A stretch of DNA of 64,000 nt from Candidatus Dojkabacteria bacterium (GTDB lineage Bacteria > Patescibacteriota > Dojkabacteria > B142 > JAFGFJ01): assembly GCA_016931155.1 (NCBI GenBank), contig JAFGFJ010000006.1, positions 314,896 through 378,895 of the forward strand, read 5' to 3'. The position numbers and the translations under genes are program-made. Shown one piece after another: positions 1 through 8,084 of the stretch (position 1 is the first letter of the stretch; every line of letters starts with the position of its first letter). The notes beneath the pieces are model-generated. The model saw nothing but the letters and a program-made list of their open reading frames with translations, ran no database searches and had not been told where the DNA came from.

Positions 1-9
1 TAAGAAGAT

Positions 10-34
10 GTGAGCTTTGTGCTCACTTTTTTTT
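10..34 (+). terminator. Rho-independent terminator of the gene that ends just upstream of the window
   Basis: TAA at 1-3, then a 6-bp stem GTGAGC(10-15)/GCTCAC(21-26) with a 5-nt loop and a run of 8 T (27-34). Confidence 0.6.
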
Positions 35-75
35 GAAGGGTAGATTTGCATAATAGCAGGGTGTTTAATATTTTT

Positions 76-81
76 TATAAA
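76..81 (+). promoter_or_regulatory. Candidate -10 element (TATAAA) placed 6 nt before the nusA ATG, suggesting a leaderless or near-leaderless mRNA
   Basis: TATAAA at 76-81, 6-nt spacer, ATG at 88, no Shine-Dalgarno. rlmN and the sortase gene show the same geometry. Confidence 0.3.
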
Positions 82-87
82 AATACA

Positions 88-1431
88 ATGGCAGTACAAT
101 CAGATTTTTTGGTGGCAATCAATCAGATTGCGGCAGAAAGAGGAATAGATGCGAATGAAGTACTTGAAGCAGTAAAGGCTGCTATACTTACCGCTTTCAG
201 GAGAGAGTATCCTATAGAAGAGGAGAATACAGATATTGAAGAGGAAAAAGAGAGTACAGAGGAAGGTCAATTGCTTAAGGTGGATATTAGTTCTGATACG
301 GGGCTTTTCCATGTTTATGCTGACAAAAAAGTAGTAATTGAGGTTGCCAATCCCGCAACACAGATAGGTCTCGAAGATGCACAGAAAATTGAGCCTAAAC
401 TGAAAGAGGGTGATCATATTGAAGTAGACATTACTCCAAAAGGAGACTTTGGAAGGGTGGCTGCTCAGGTTGCAAAGCAGGTAATTCTTCAGAACTTGAG
501 GGAGTTTGAGAAAGAAGCGGTTATGGAGGAATTTAAAGATAAGATGGGGCAACTTGATACAGGCATCATTCAGAGAATGGATGGTGATACTGTTGTTGTC
601 GAAATAAGAAGAGCAAGTGCAGTAATGGAGGCGGAAGACAGAATCCCAGGTGAATTTTACAGAAGTGGAGACAGATTAAAATTTCTTCTGAAAAAAATAA
701 AAAGAACTACTAAAGGGAAAATCCTTACTGTATCAAGATCAGATCCGGATTTTTTGAGAGCTCTTTTTGAACTTGAAGTACCAGAGTTGGTATCAGAAAG
801 TGTTGAAATAAAAGCAATTGCGAGAGAGGCAGGGTCAAGGTCAAAAGTAGCTGTCAGTTCAAATGTTGAAGGAGTTGATCCTATTGGATCGTTCGTCGGA
901 CAAAAAGGTGTGAGGATAAATGCTGTTATGAACGAATTAAAAGTCGGCAGTAACGAAGAGAAAATAGATATAATACTATGGGATCAGGATATTAAGCAGT
1001 TTATTTCAAATGCGTTTAGCCCTGCACAAGTTGTGAGTGTGAAGATTAATGATGAGAAGGCGAAATATGCGGAAGTAGTTGTTCCTGATGATCAGCTTTC
1101 ACTTGCTATAGGAAGGGAAGGGCAAAATGTTAGACTTGCTGCAAAGCTCACAGGTTGGAGACTGGATATTCAGGGCGAGACTATTAAAGTGAATCCGGAA
1201 AACGCTGGTTCTGAAGACGGGGATGCTGGAAATATTTCTGAAGTAAAAAAGAAAACTTCAGCTGTTACAAAGAAAAAGGATGAAGCTAAGGAAAAGAAGA
1301 TAAAAGAAAAGAACGGGAAAAAAGCTATAAAAAAGAAAACAAGTAGTACAAGTAAAAAAAGAAAGGCAGTTATAACGAGTCAAAAGAATAAAACGGGTAA
1401 AACAAAAAAAACAGTTAAGGCTAAGAAGTAA
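88..1431 (+). CDS. nusA: Transcription termination/antitermination factor NusA with a Lys-rich C-terminal tail
   Basis: NusA N-domain (FLVAINQIAAERGIDANEVLEAV), an S1-like region and KH regions (GREGQNVRLAAKLTGWRLDIQ). The ATG at 88 is preferred over the track's TTG at 46, which lies in a promoter-like AT tract. The last ~75 aa are K-rich low complexity. Confidence 0.93.
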   Translation: MAVQSDFLVAINQIAAERGIDANEVLEAVKAAILTAFRREYPIEEENTDIEEEKESTEEGQLLKVDISSDTGLFHVYADKKVVIEVANPATQIGLEDAQKIEPKLKEGDHIEVDITPKGDFGRVAAQVAKQVILQNLREFEKEAVMEEFKDKMGQLDTGIIQRMDGDTVVVEIRRASAVMEAEDRIPGEFYRSGDRLKFLLKKIKRTTKGKILTVSRSDPDFLRALFELEVPELVSESVEIKAIAREAGSRSKVAVSSNVEGVDPIGSFVGQKGVRINAVMNELKVGSNEEKIDIILWDQDIKQFISNAFSPAQVVSVKINDEKAKYAEVVVPDDQLSLAIGREGQNVRLAAKLTGWRLDIQGETIKVNPENAGSEDGDAGNISEVKKKTSAVTKKKDEAKEKKIKEKNGKKAIKKKTSSTSKKRKAVITSQKNKTGKTKKTVKAKK

Positions 1432-1442
1432 AAGGAGAAAAA

Positions 1443-1820
1443 ATGCTGATGCTGAAAGAATTATCTCCAAAAAAACATATTCCTATGCGTACTTGTATTG
1501 CAACTGGTATAAAGAAACCAAAAAACGATCTTATCCGTCTGGTCAAACTATCTAATGGACAAGTTGTAATTGATTTATTGGGAAAGGAGAGAGGTAGAGG
1601 GGCAAATTTAGATCTAAATACTGAAGCATTTGATTTGGCTGTTAAGAAAAATGTAATAAGTAAGGCTCTAAAACTTGAAAGAAATTTAACTGAAACGGAA
1701 ATTGAATATTTGAGAAAAGAATTTATTTCTGCTCTTGAGTTGAAAAAATTTCGTCAGGGTAAAAGGTCAGTTACGATCAGGGTGGATAAAGGAACTCTTG
1801 CCAGGAAACTGGCTGAATAG
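1443..1820 (+). CDS. ylxR: YlxR/RnpM (DUF448) family RNA-binding protein
   Basis: MRTCIATG...DLIRLV signature. AAGGAG lies upstream of the ATG. It holds the classic position directly after nusA. Confidence 0.85.
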   Translation: MLMLKELSPKKHIPMRTCIATGIKKPKNDLIRLVKLSNGQVVIDLLGKERGRGANLDLNTEAFDLAVKKNVISKALKLERNLTETEIEYLRKEFISALELKKFRQGKRSVTIRVDKGTLARKLAE

Positions 1821-1839
1821 CGAGTTATTTTTGTTTTGT

Positions 1840-2931
1840 CTATTCTGTGTTGTTTTCTATGTTTGTAAGTTGACCACAAGCAGCCTCAACGTCCTCTCCC
1901 ATTGTTACTCTAATTGTGGCAGGAATACCTGCTTCAGTAAGTATCTTTGCAAAACTATGTATTCTATTTCTACTACTTCGGCGAAAACTCCTGAAAGAAT
2001 ATTTATCTGGCAGAAAGCGAGAACAATTAGTCTGTTTATTTACAGTTTTTATATCATGATAAATGGTAATGGGATTGTAAGGGATGAGGTTTATGTGGGC
2101 AAGTCTTTGCCCTTTCAAAAGTGCAACTAGTTCCTGAGCGTGTTCTCCCCTGTCGTTTACATCGTGTATCATGATGTATTCGTAGCTTATTCTTTTGTTT
2201 CGAAGATCCATGTACCAGGTTGTTGCTTTTATGAGCTTATCAATAGGAAAAAGCCTGGCAATGGGCATAATTTTTTCTCTGAGCTTCTGATTTGGAGCGT
2301 GCAGTGAAATGGCAAACCTTCCTTTGAAACCATCTTTGACCAGTTTCTTGAATTGAGGAATATATCCACAGGTTGAAATTATTATTCTTCTTTTACTAAG
2401 TCCAAGTTTTGCAGGATCTGTAATAATGTCCAGTGACTTTTGAACTTCAGACAGATTAAGTAGTGGCTCGCCCATTCCCATAAAGACAACATTAGTAACC
2501 TTTTGAGGTTTTTTACAACTGAGGAGAAAACGATTGAAATATAATATCTGATCGATAATTTCCTGTGCTGAAAGATTTCCACCGAAGCCCATTTTCCCGG
2601 TTGCACAAAATATACAGCCTACGGGGCATCCAACCATACAGCTTACACAGACGGTATTCCTTTTGTCTTTATGTCTTATGAGTACTGTTTCAATTTTCTT
2701 TTTATCGCTTCTTTCAAATAAGAGCTTTATTGTTTTCGAATTTTTGGATTCAAGTTTTTTTATCTCCCTTAATGTCGAAAAGGTTATTTCTTGAGATAAT
2801 TTATTTTTTATGTCTTTTGGAAGAGTAGTGATTTCCTCAAAACTTCTGATAGGTTTCTGATAAAAGGCTTCCTCAATTTGCTTGAGTCGAAACCCGGGAA
2901 GATTATATTTATTTATGAATTTTCGAAACAT
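1840..2931 (-). CDS. rlmN: Radical-SAM 23S rRNA/tRNA adenine-C2 methyltransferase (RlmN/Cfr family)
   Basis: CxxxCxxC radical-SAM motif (GCPVGCIFCATGKMG), GMGEPLLN, and a C-terminal catalytic Cys context (EAACGQL). 363 aa is full length. Confidence 0.9.
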   Translation of the reverse strand: MFRKFINKYNLPGFRLKQIEEAFYQKPIRSFEEITTLPKDIKNKLSQEITFSTLREIKKLESKNSKTIKLLFERSDKKKIETVLIRHKDKRNTVCVSCMVGCPVGCIFCATGKMGFGGNLSAQEIIDQILYFNRFLLSCKKPQKVTNVVFMGMGEPLLNLSEVQKSLDIITDPAKLGLSKRRIIISTCGYIPQFKKLVKDGFKGRFAISLHAPNQKLREKIMPIARLFPIDKLIKATTWYMDLRNKRISYEYIMIHDVNDRGEHAQELVALLKGQRLAHINLIPYNPITIYHDIKTVNKQTNCSRFLPDKYSFRSFRRSSRNRIHSFAKILTEAGIPATIRVTMGEDVEAACGQLTNIENNTE

Positions 2932-2937
2932 AAAGGG

Positions 2938-2943
2938 ATTATA
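2938..2943 (-). promoter_or_regulatory. Candidate -10 element (TATAAT on the minus strand) 6 nt upstream of the rlmN ATG (leaderless geometry)
   Basis: Plus-strand ATTATA at 2938-2943 reads TATAAT on the minus strand. Six nt then precede the ATG at 2931-2929. Confidence 0.35.
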
Positions 2944-2982
2944 CCCTACATTATAAAGTGCAGACAGGGTAGGAGCTGATTT

Positions 2983-3084
2983 ATGGATTTTTTTGGGACA
3001 GAAGATGAAGGTTATTTATTTGCTTCACACTTTATTGAAAATTTCCTACCACTCTGTTACTATTACCCAGCTTTTTTGAAGTAG
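2983..3084 (+). CDS. Candidate 33-codon small ORF (MDFFGTEDEGYLFASHFIENFLPLCYYYPAFLK), unknown function
   Basis: TATAAA at 2952-2957, AGGAG at 2971-2975 (7 nt before the ATG at 2983), stop TAG at 3082-3084, then a terminator hairpin at 3090-3122. No homology recognised, and it could be a chance ORF. Confidence 0.25.
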   Translation: MDFFGTEDEGYLFASHFIENFLPLCYYYPAFLK

Positions 3085-3089
3085 GATGT

Positions 3090-3122
3090 ACAATAACCTG
3101 TGAAGAGGGTTGTTGTTTTTTT
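3090..3122 (+). terminator. Terminator/attenuator-like hairpin immediately upstream of fusA
   Basis: 9-bp stem ACAATAACC(3090-3098)/GGTTGTTGT(3108-3116) with one G-U pair, a 9-nt loop, and 7 T (3116-3122, the first being the last stem base). Confidence 0.5.
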
Positions 3123-3154
3123 GATCAAAAATTTAAATTATATTTATAAATTTA

Positions 3155-5302
3155 ATGGCAGGTACAGATTACACATCGGTAAAAGATAAAAATCTTTACA
3201 GGAATATTGGAATTATTGCTCATATTGATGCTGGGAAAACTACTACCACTGAGCGTATTCTCTTTTTTACGGGAAAGAAGCACAAACTTGGAGAAGTTCA
3301 CGAAGGAGCTGCGGAAATGGACTTTATGGACCAGGAAAAGGAAAGAGGAATAACTATCCAGTCTGCTGCTACTACTGCTTTCTGGGAAGTTGATAATACC
3401 AGATATAGGGTAAATATTATTGATACTCCCGGGCATGTTGATTTTACAGCTGAAGTTGAGAGGTCATTGAGGGTACTTGATGGAGCGGTTGTTGTATTCG
3501 ATGGGAAGGAGGGGGTTGAACCGCAGTCAAGTAAAGTGTGGCTTCAGGCGGAAAAATATTTTGTACCAAGGCTTTGCTATATAAATAAACTTGACGCAAC
3601 TGGTGGCGATTTTTTCAAAAGCCTGGAAAGTATTCAAAATGAACTCAACAAAAATGCATTTGCGGTTCAGATTCCTGTAGGTACTGAGTCAAACTTTAAT
3701 GGGATTATAGATCTTGTTGATATGAAGGCTCATATGTATAAGGATGAGCTTGGGAAAGAGATAGAAGTATCCGATATTCCGGATGATCTTAAGATAAAGG
3801 CTGAGGAATATAGAGAAAAAATGATTGAGAAAATTGCTGATGCGGATGATGTCATTGCTGAAAAGTATCTTGGCGGGGAGGAAATATCCCGTGAAGAAAT
3901 TGTTGCGGGTATTAGAAAAGGAACTGTCTCTGGTGTGATTTTTCCGGTTTTGGCAGGATCTTCGTACAAAAATAGAGGTATTCAGCTTATGCTTGATTGT
4001 GTTTGCAGGTATCTGCCGTCTCCCCTTGAAAAGATTCAGGTAATAAAAAACGAAGAGACTGGAGAGCAGACAAAATATATTGGAGAGGTAGTTGGGAAAA
4101 ATCCAAAGACTGATGCTGATGAACACAGGAAGGCATCAAATGATGAACCTTTTTCCGGACTTGTTTTTAAAATTGCAATGGATACTCATGTGGGCTCGCT
4201 GGCCTTTATAAGAGTATATTCAGGTAAGCTTCAGGCTGGAACGTATGTGTACAATTCATCTGTCGATAAGAAAGAAAGAGTGGCTAGAATTCTTTTGATG
4301 CATGCAAATCATAGAGAGGAAGCACCTGAGATAAGTGCTGGAGATATTGCGGCTCTTGTAGGGATTAAAGAATCCTATACTGGAAATACAATTTGTGATG
4401 AAAATAATCCTGTTGTTCTCGAGAGTATCAAGTTCTCTGATCCTGTTGTCTCGCTTGCGATTGAGCCAAAAACAAAATCAGATCAGGAGAAAATGGGTAC
4501 AGCTCTTAATAAGCTTTCGCAGGAGGATCCTACTTTTAAAATTTCGACAAATGAAGAAACGGGGCAGACAATTATTTCTGGGATGGGAGAACTACATCTG
4601 GAAGTAAAAGTGGATATTATGAGAAGGGACTACAATGTGGATGTTAATACAGGTAAACCGCAAGTAGCTTACAGAGAGACCGTAGAAGGAGAAATTGAAC
4701 ATAGAGAGCTTCTCAAAAAGCAGACAGGAGGTGCGGGACAATTTGCCGATCTCACTATCATTCTTTCTCCGAATGAGCGAGGGAAGGGGTATGAATTTAT
4801 TGATAAAATCAAGGGTGGAGCGATTCCAAGAGAATTTATTCCTTCAGTTGATAAAGGAATTCAACAGGCACTTTCTACAGGGGTAATCGGAGGATTTCCG
4901 GTAGTGGATGTGAAAGTTGAGCTGGTTGATGGATCCTACCACGAGGTTGACTCAAATACCGATACATTCAAAATTGCAGCGAACAGAGGTTTCAAGGAAG
5001 CAATGAAGAAGGCTTCTCCTATTCTACTTGAACCAATTATGAAGCTTGTAGTGAATACTCCGGATGAATTTGCAGGAGACATAACAGGAGCGGTTGCTTC
5101 AAAGAGAGGACAGATTAAGAAAATGGAATCAAAAGGTAATTACCAGGAAATCGAAGCAGAGGTTCCTCTTGGTAATATGTTTGGCTGGACGGGGGACATG
5201 AGGTCTATGACTAAAGGAAAAGCGAATAGTGTGATGGAATTTTCGCATTACCAGAAAGTACCTGAAAATCTTGTGGATCAACTACTCGGAAAGAGCGAGT
5301 AG
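3155..5302 (+). CDS. fusA: Translation elongation factor G
   Basis: G1 AHIDAGKTT, G3 DTPGH, G4 NKLD. All five EF-G domains are present over 715 aa. Confidence 0.97.
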   Translation: MAGTDYTSVKDKNLYRNIGIIAHIDAGKTTTTERILFFTGKKHKLGEVHEGAAEMDFMDQEKERGITIQSAATTAFWEVDNTRYRVNIIDTPGHVDFTAEVERSLRVLDGAVVVFDGKEGVEPQSSKVWLQAEKYFVPRLCYINKLDATGGDFFKSLESIQNELNKNAFAVQIPVGTESNFNGIIDLVDMKAHMYKDELGKEIEVSDIPDDLKIKAEEYREKMIEKIADADDVIAEKYLGGEEISREEIVAGIRKGTVSGVIFPVLAGSSYKNRGIQLMLDCVCRYLPSPLEKIQVIKNEETGEQTKYIGEVVGKNPKTDADEHRKASNDEPFSGLVFKIAMDTHVGSLAFIRVYSGKLQAGTYVYNSSVDKKERVARILLMHANHREEAPEISAGDIAALVGIKESYTGNTICDENNPVVLESIKFSDPVVSLAIEPKTKSDQEKMGTALNKLSQEDPTFKISTNEETGQTIISGMGELHLEVKVDIMRRDYNVDVNTGKPQVAYRETVEGEIEHRELLKKQTGGAGQFADLTIILSPNERGKGYEFIDKIKGGAIPREFIPSVDKGIQQALSTGVIGGFPVVDVKVELVDGSYHEVDSNTDTFKIAANRGFKEAMKKASPILLEPIMKLVVNTPDEFAGDITGAVASKRGQIKKMESKGNYQEIEAEVPLGNMFGWTGDMRSMTKGKANSVMEFSHYQKVPENLVDQLLGKSE

Positions 5303-5766
5303 ACAAATTCCGGTAGGAGTTCCATTTGTCCATTATCAACTCCAAAGTTTCTCTTTATGGCTAAGTAACTTTATTGTCTGAGAGATTTCTATGGATAAAT
5401 GATCGCATTCATGATCTATCTTTATGGCAGCTAATTCCAATTGAAGCATTGATAAATACTTTTTTTATTACCGATTTCTTTTCTTACAAAATCTACCAGC
5501 GGTCAATGAAAGGGCTAATTGAATAATTGTTTTTACTGAAAAATTCAAATCCCATATCAAGCATGCTGGTGCAATACAAAGCAGTATTAATTCTTTGACT
5601 TATAAAGTCAAAGATATGATTTTACAGTATGGAGTGAAGAATAAGGAGAAATACTGGTCTGAAAATTTCTCGTAATAACTTGATTATTAGTCCAGGATTT
5701 GATATAAATTTGGATCGAGAACACAAATTCCTCGCGTGTTCTTTTTTAACTGCCTTTGACAGCACT

Positions 5767-5795
5767 TGCGGGTGGTTGACCCAACTAATATAATG
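5767..5795 (+). promoter_or_regulatory. Candidate sigma70-like promoter for tuf
   Basis: TTGCGG (5767-5772), a 17-nt spacer, then TATAAT (5790-5795), about 60 nt upstream of the tuf ATG. Confidence 0.3.
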
Positions 5796-5857
5796 AGGAG
5801 TTTTTGATTTAAGAGTATTTAACTCCAAACGTATTATTATTTTTAAAATTACAAAAA

Positions 5858-7039
5858 ATGGCAGACACAAAGTTTGATAGAACAAAGCCACATGTCAATA
5901 TCGGTACTCTAGGTCATGTTGACCATGGAAAGACTACTTTACTTCGAGGTGTTCTTGAAGTATTCGGTGGAGAAAGAAAAGAAGAGTTCAAGGAGAAACT
6001 TGATAAATCTCCTGAGTCAAGAGCAAAGAGCGTTACTATTTCCGTTGCTCATGTTGAAGCTGAGACAGATAGCAGGCATTATGCAATTGTTGACTGTCCT
6101 GGACACAGAGATTACATCAAAAACATGATTACAGGTGCGGCTCAAATGGATGGTGCAATTATTGTTGTTTCAGCAAGTGATGGTCCAATGCCTCAGACAA
6201 AAGAGCATGTCCTTCTTGCCAAGCAAGTAGGAGTGAAGAACTTTGTCGTATTTATAAATATTTTTGACGACTCAATGGATACTGAGCTTGTAGATCTCGT
6301 TGAAGAAGAGGTAAGGGATCTTTTAACTAAGTATGACTTTGATGGAAAAGGAGTAACAGTTGTGAGAGGTTCTGCTCTGAAGGCAGAAAAAGGAGAAGCG
6401 GAAGGAATTGAAGCAATAAAGAAACTGATGGAAGCTGTGGATAAGGATATTCCAATGCCTGAGAGGCCTGTTGATCAACCACTTCTTATGTTTATTGAAG
6501 ATGTTTTCTCGATTTCAGGGAGAGGTACCGTTGCTACGGGAAGGATTGATAGGGGAAAGATTAAGGTGAACGATGTAGTTGAGCTTGTTGGACTTTCAGA
6601 GAAACCAGTTGATGTTACTGTTACTGGAGTTGAAATGTTTAATAAACAACTCGATGAGGGTATGGCAGGAGACAATGTTGGTATTTTAATGAGAGGGCTT
6701 AAGAGAGAGGACGTTGAGAGAGGACAGGTACTTGCAGCAAAGGGTTCTATTAAACCTCATACTGAATTTGAAGCTCAGGTTTATATTCTAAAGAAAGAAG
6801 AAGGTGGAAGAACTACTGCATTCTTTTCAGGATACAAGCCACAGTTTTATATGAGAACTACTGATGTGACTGGAGATGTAACATTGAAGGAAGGAACGGA
6901 AATGGTTATGCCTGGGGATGATGCTGAAATCTCTATCAAGCTTATCACACCAGTGGCGGTTGAAGAGGGAATGAGATTTGCAATTAGAGAGGGAGGAAGG
7001 ACAGTAGGAGAAGGAATTATTACTAAGGTTATTAAGTAA
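5858..7039 (+). CDS. tuf: Translation elongation factor Tu with a divergent G4 motif
   Basis: [14 protein letters not shown] and GSALKA are present over a 393-aa full length. The canonical NKxD reads NIFD (codons 6257-6268). Confidence 0.95.
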   Translation: MADTKFDRTKPHVNIGTLGHVDHGKTTLLRGVLEVFGGERKEEFKEKLDKSPESRAKSVTISVAHVEAETDSRHYAIVDCPGHRDYIKNMITGAAQMDGAIIVVSASDGPMPQTKEHVLLAKQVGVKNFVVFINIFDDSMDTELVDLVEEEVRDLLTKYDFDGKGVTVVRGSALKAEKGEAEGIEAIKKLMEAVDKDIPMPERPVDQPLLMFIEDVFSISGRGTVATGRIDRGKIKVNDVVELVGLSEKPVDVTVTGVEMFNKQLDEGMAGDNVGILMRGLKREDVERGQVLAAKGSIKPHTEFEAQVYILKKEEGGRTTAFFSGYKPQFYMRTTDVTGDVTLKEGTEMVMPGDDAEISIKLITPVAVEEGMRFAIREGGRTVGEGIITKVIK

Positions 7040-7047
7040 GAAACTGA

Positions 7048-7080
7048 AGTTGAGCTGGAAAAAACCAGCTCAACTTTTTT
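7048..7080 (+). terminator. Strong rho-independent terminator after tuf
   Basis: Perfect 11-bp stem AGTTGAGCTGG(7048-7058)/CCAGCTCAACT(7065-7075), A6 loop, T-tract to 7080. The track's 7050 ORF start reads through this hairpin and is rejected. Confidence 0.8.
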
Positions 7081-7100
7081 ATGTTGCTCTTTTTAAATTA

Positions 7101-7400
7101 ATGCAAAGGATAAGAATAAAAATAAAAGGATATGATTATCGTGTAGTTGATAAGGCTGCTCAGCAGATTATTGAAACTGCTGTTAGAACTGGGGCAAAGA
7201 CAGCTGGTCCAATTCCTTTGCCTACGAAGTTGAGGAGATGGGCTGTTCTGCGTTCTCCTCATGTTGATTCCAAATCGAAAGAGCACTTTGAGATGAGGAT
7301 TCACAAGAGGCTTGTGGATATAATTGAGCCAACAGGCCAGACGATTGATTCTTTAACGCATTTGCAACTTGCGGCGGGGGTTGGTATTGAAATAAAGTAA
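7101..7400 (+). CDS. rpsJ: 30S ribosomal protein S10 (NusE)
   Basis: [17 protein letters not shown]...[25 protein letters not shown]. The internal ATG at 7101 gives the canonical ~100 aa. Confidence 0.95.
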   Translation: MQRIRIKIKGYDYRVVDKAAQQIIETAVRTGAKTAGPIPLPTKLRRWAVLRSPHVDSKSKEHFEMRIHKRLVDIIEPTGQTIDSLTHLQLAAGVGIEIK

Positions 7401-7479
7401 CAAACTTTTTGAACTGACCTTGGTTAATACTGTTCTTTTCAGGATAAGTTACCAGGACTCTGAAACTTCAGGGATCTTG

Positions 7480-7504
7480 GGCTTCTCAAAAAGAAGCCTT
7501 TTTT
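7480..7504 (+). terminator. Terminator/attenuator-like hairpin between rpsJ and rplC
   Basis: Stem GGCTTCT(7480-7486)/AGAAGCC(7492-7498), 5-nt loop, T6 (7499-7504), 8 nt before the rplC ATG. Confidence 0.5.
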
Positions 7505-7512
7505 AATAGAAA

Positions 7513-8082
7513 ATGAAAAAAACTTTAATTACAGAAAAAAAAGAGATGACGAGCCTATTCGATGGAGATGGGAAGTTTGTATCTGTTACTGTACTTGAGG
7601 TAGGGGATAATGTTGTTTTTGGGACAAGAATTGAAGAAAAGGATGGTTATAGTGCTTTTATTATTAAAGATGAGAAATCTGGATTGGTAAAAGAGGTGAG
7701 AGTGGAAAGTGATGAGGAAGTAAAGGATATGAAGGTGGGGGATAAATTGGAGATAGACTTTAGTGAGGGAGATACGGTTTCTGCAACGGGAGTAACAAAA
7801 GGAAAAGGTTTTCAAGGAGTAGTCAAAAGATGGGGATTTAAGGGTGGACCAAAAACTCATGGACAATCAGATAGACAAAGACATCCTGGCTCTATTGGAG
7901 GTGGGACTACGCCGGGAAGAGTTTATAAAGGGAAGAAAATGGCGGGAAGGATGGGTGCAGTTACAAGAACGATCAGAGGATTGAGGATTATAAAAATAGA
8001 TAAGGAGAACAATTTAATAGCGGTAAAAGGTGCGATACCTGGAGGTAAAGGCGGATTGGTTTTGCTTAAGTCGACCAAATAA
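7513..8082 (+). CDS. rplC: 50S ribosomal protein L3
   Basis: GKGFQGVVKRWGFKGGPKTHGQSDRQRHPGSIG motif, in S10-operon position. Confidence 0.95.
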   Translation: MKKTLITEKKEMTSLFDGDGKFVSVTVLEVGDNVVFGTRIEEKDGYSAFIIKDEKSGLVKEVRVESDEEVKDMKVGDKLEIDFSEGDTVSATGVTKGKGFQGVVKRWGFKGGPKTHGQSDRQRHPGSIGGGTTPGRVYKGKKMAGRMGAVTRTIRGLRIIKIDKENNLIAVKGAIPGGKGGLVLLKSTK

Positions 8083-8084
8083 CA

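Noticed and set aside
100-552. Antisense or out-of-frame ORFs from the six-frame track that overlap strongly conserved genes. Examples: 100..552(-), 3689..4126(-), 10122..10451(-), 13686..14117(-), 14020..14439(-), 18768..19259(-), 20242..20670(-), the 36188..39196(+) series inside secA, the 52029..53049(+) series, and the 59520..61162(+) series inside acd.
   Set aside because: Each is fully embedded in, or opposite to, a gene with unmistakable family motifs. Their products are F/L/S/I-rich low-complexity strings, as expected from the reverse complement of K/E-rich coding sequence in an AT-rich genome. None has a recognisable motif or its own start signals.
5390-5505. 37-codon minus-strand ORF (MLQLELAAIKIDHECDHLSIEISQTIKLLSHKEKLWS) in the fusA-tuf spacer.
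   Set aside because: No SD or promoter context, an upstream in-frame stop close to the ATG, and no recognisable family. It is indistinguishable from a chance ORF, though it could be a gene remnant (coordinates approximate).
5544-5553. Possible tRNA in the fusA-tuf spacer, suggested by a TTCAAATCC T-loop-like string (tRNA genes often precede tuf).
   Set aside because: The flanking bases cannot form a T-stem, and no acceptor or anticodon arms can be drawn.
7050-7100. N-terminal extension of S10 (track start at 7050, [10 protein letters not shown]...).
   Set aside because: The extension is a translation of the tuf terminator hairpin (7048-7080). The internal ATG at 7101 gives a canonical 100-aa S10.
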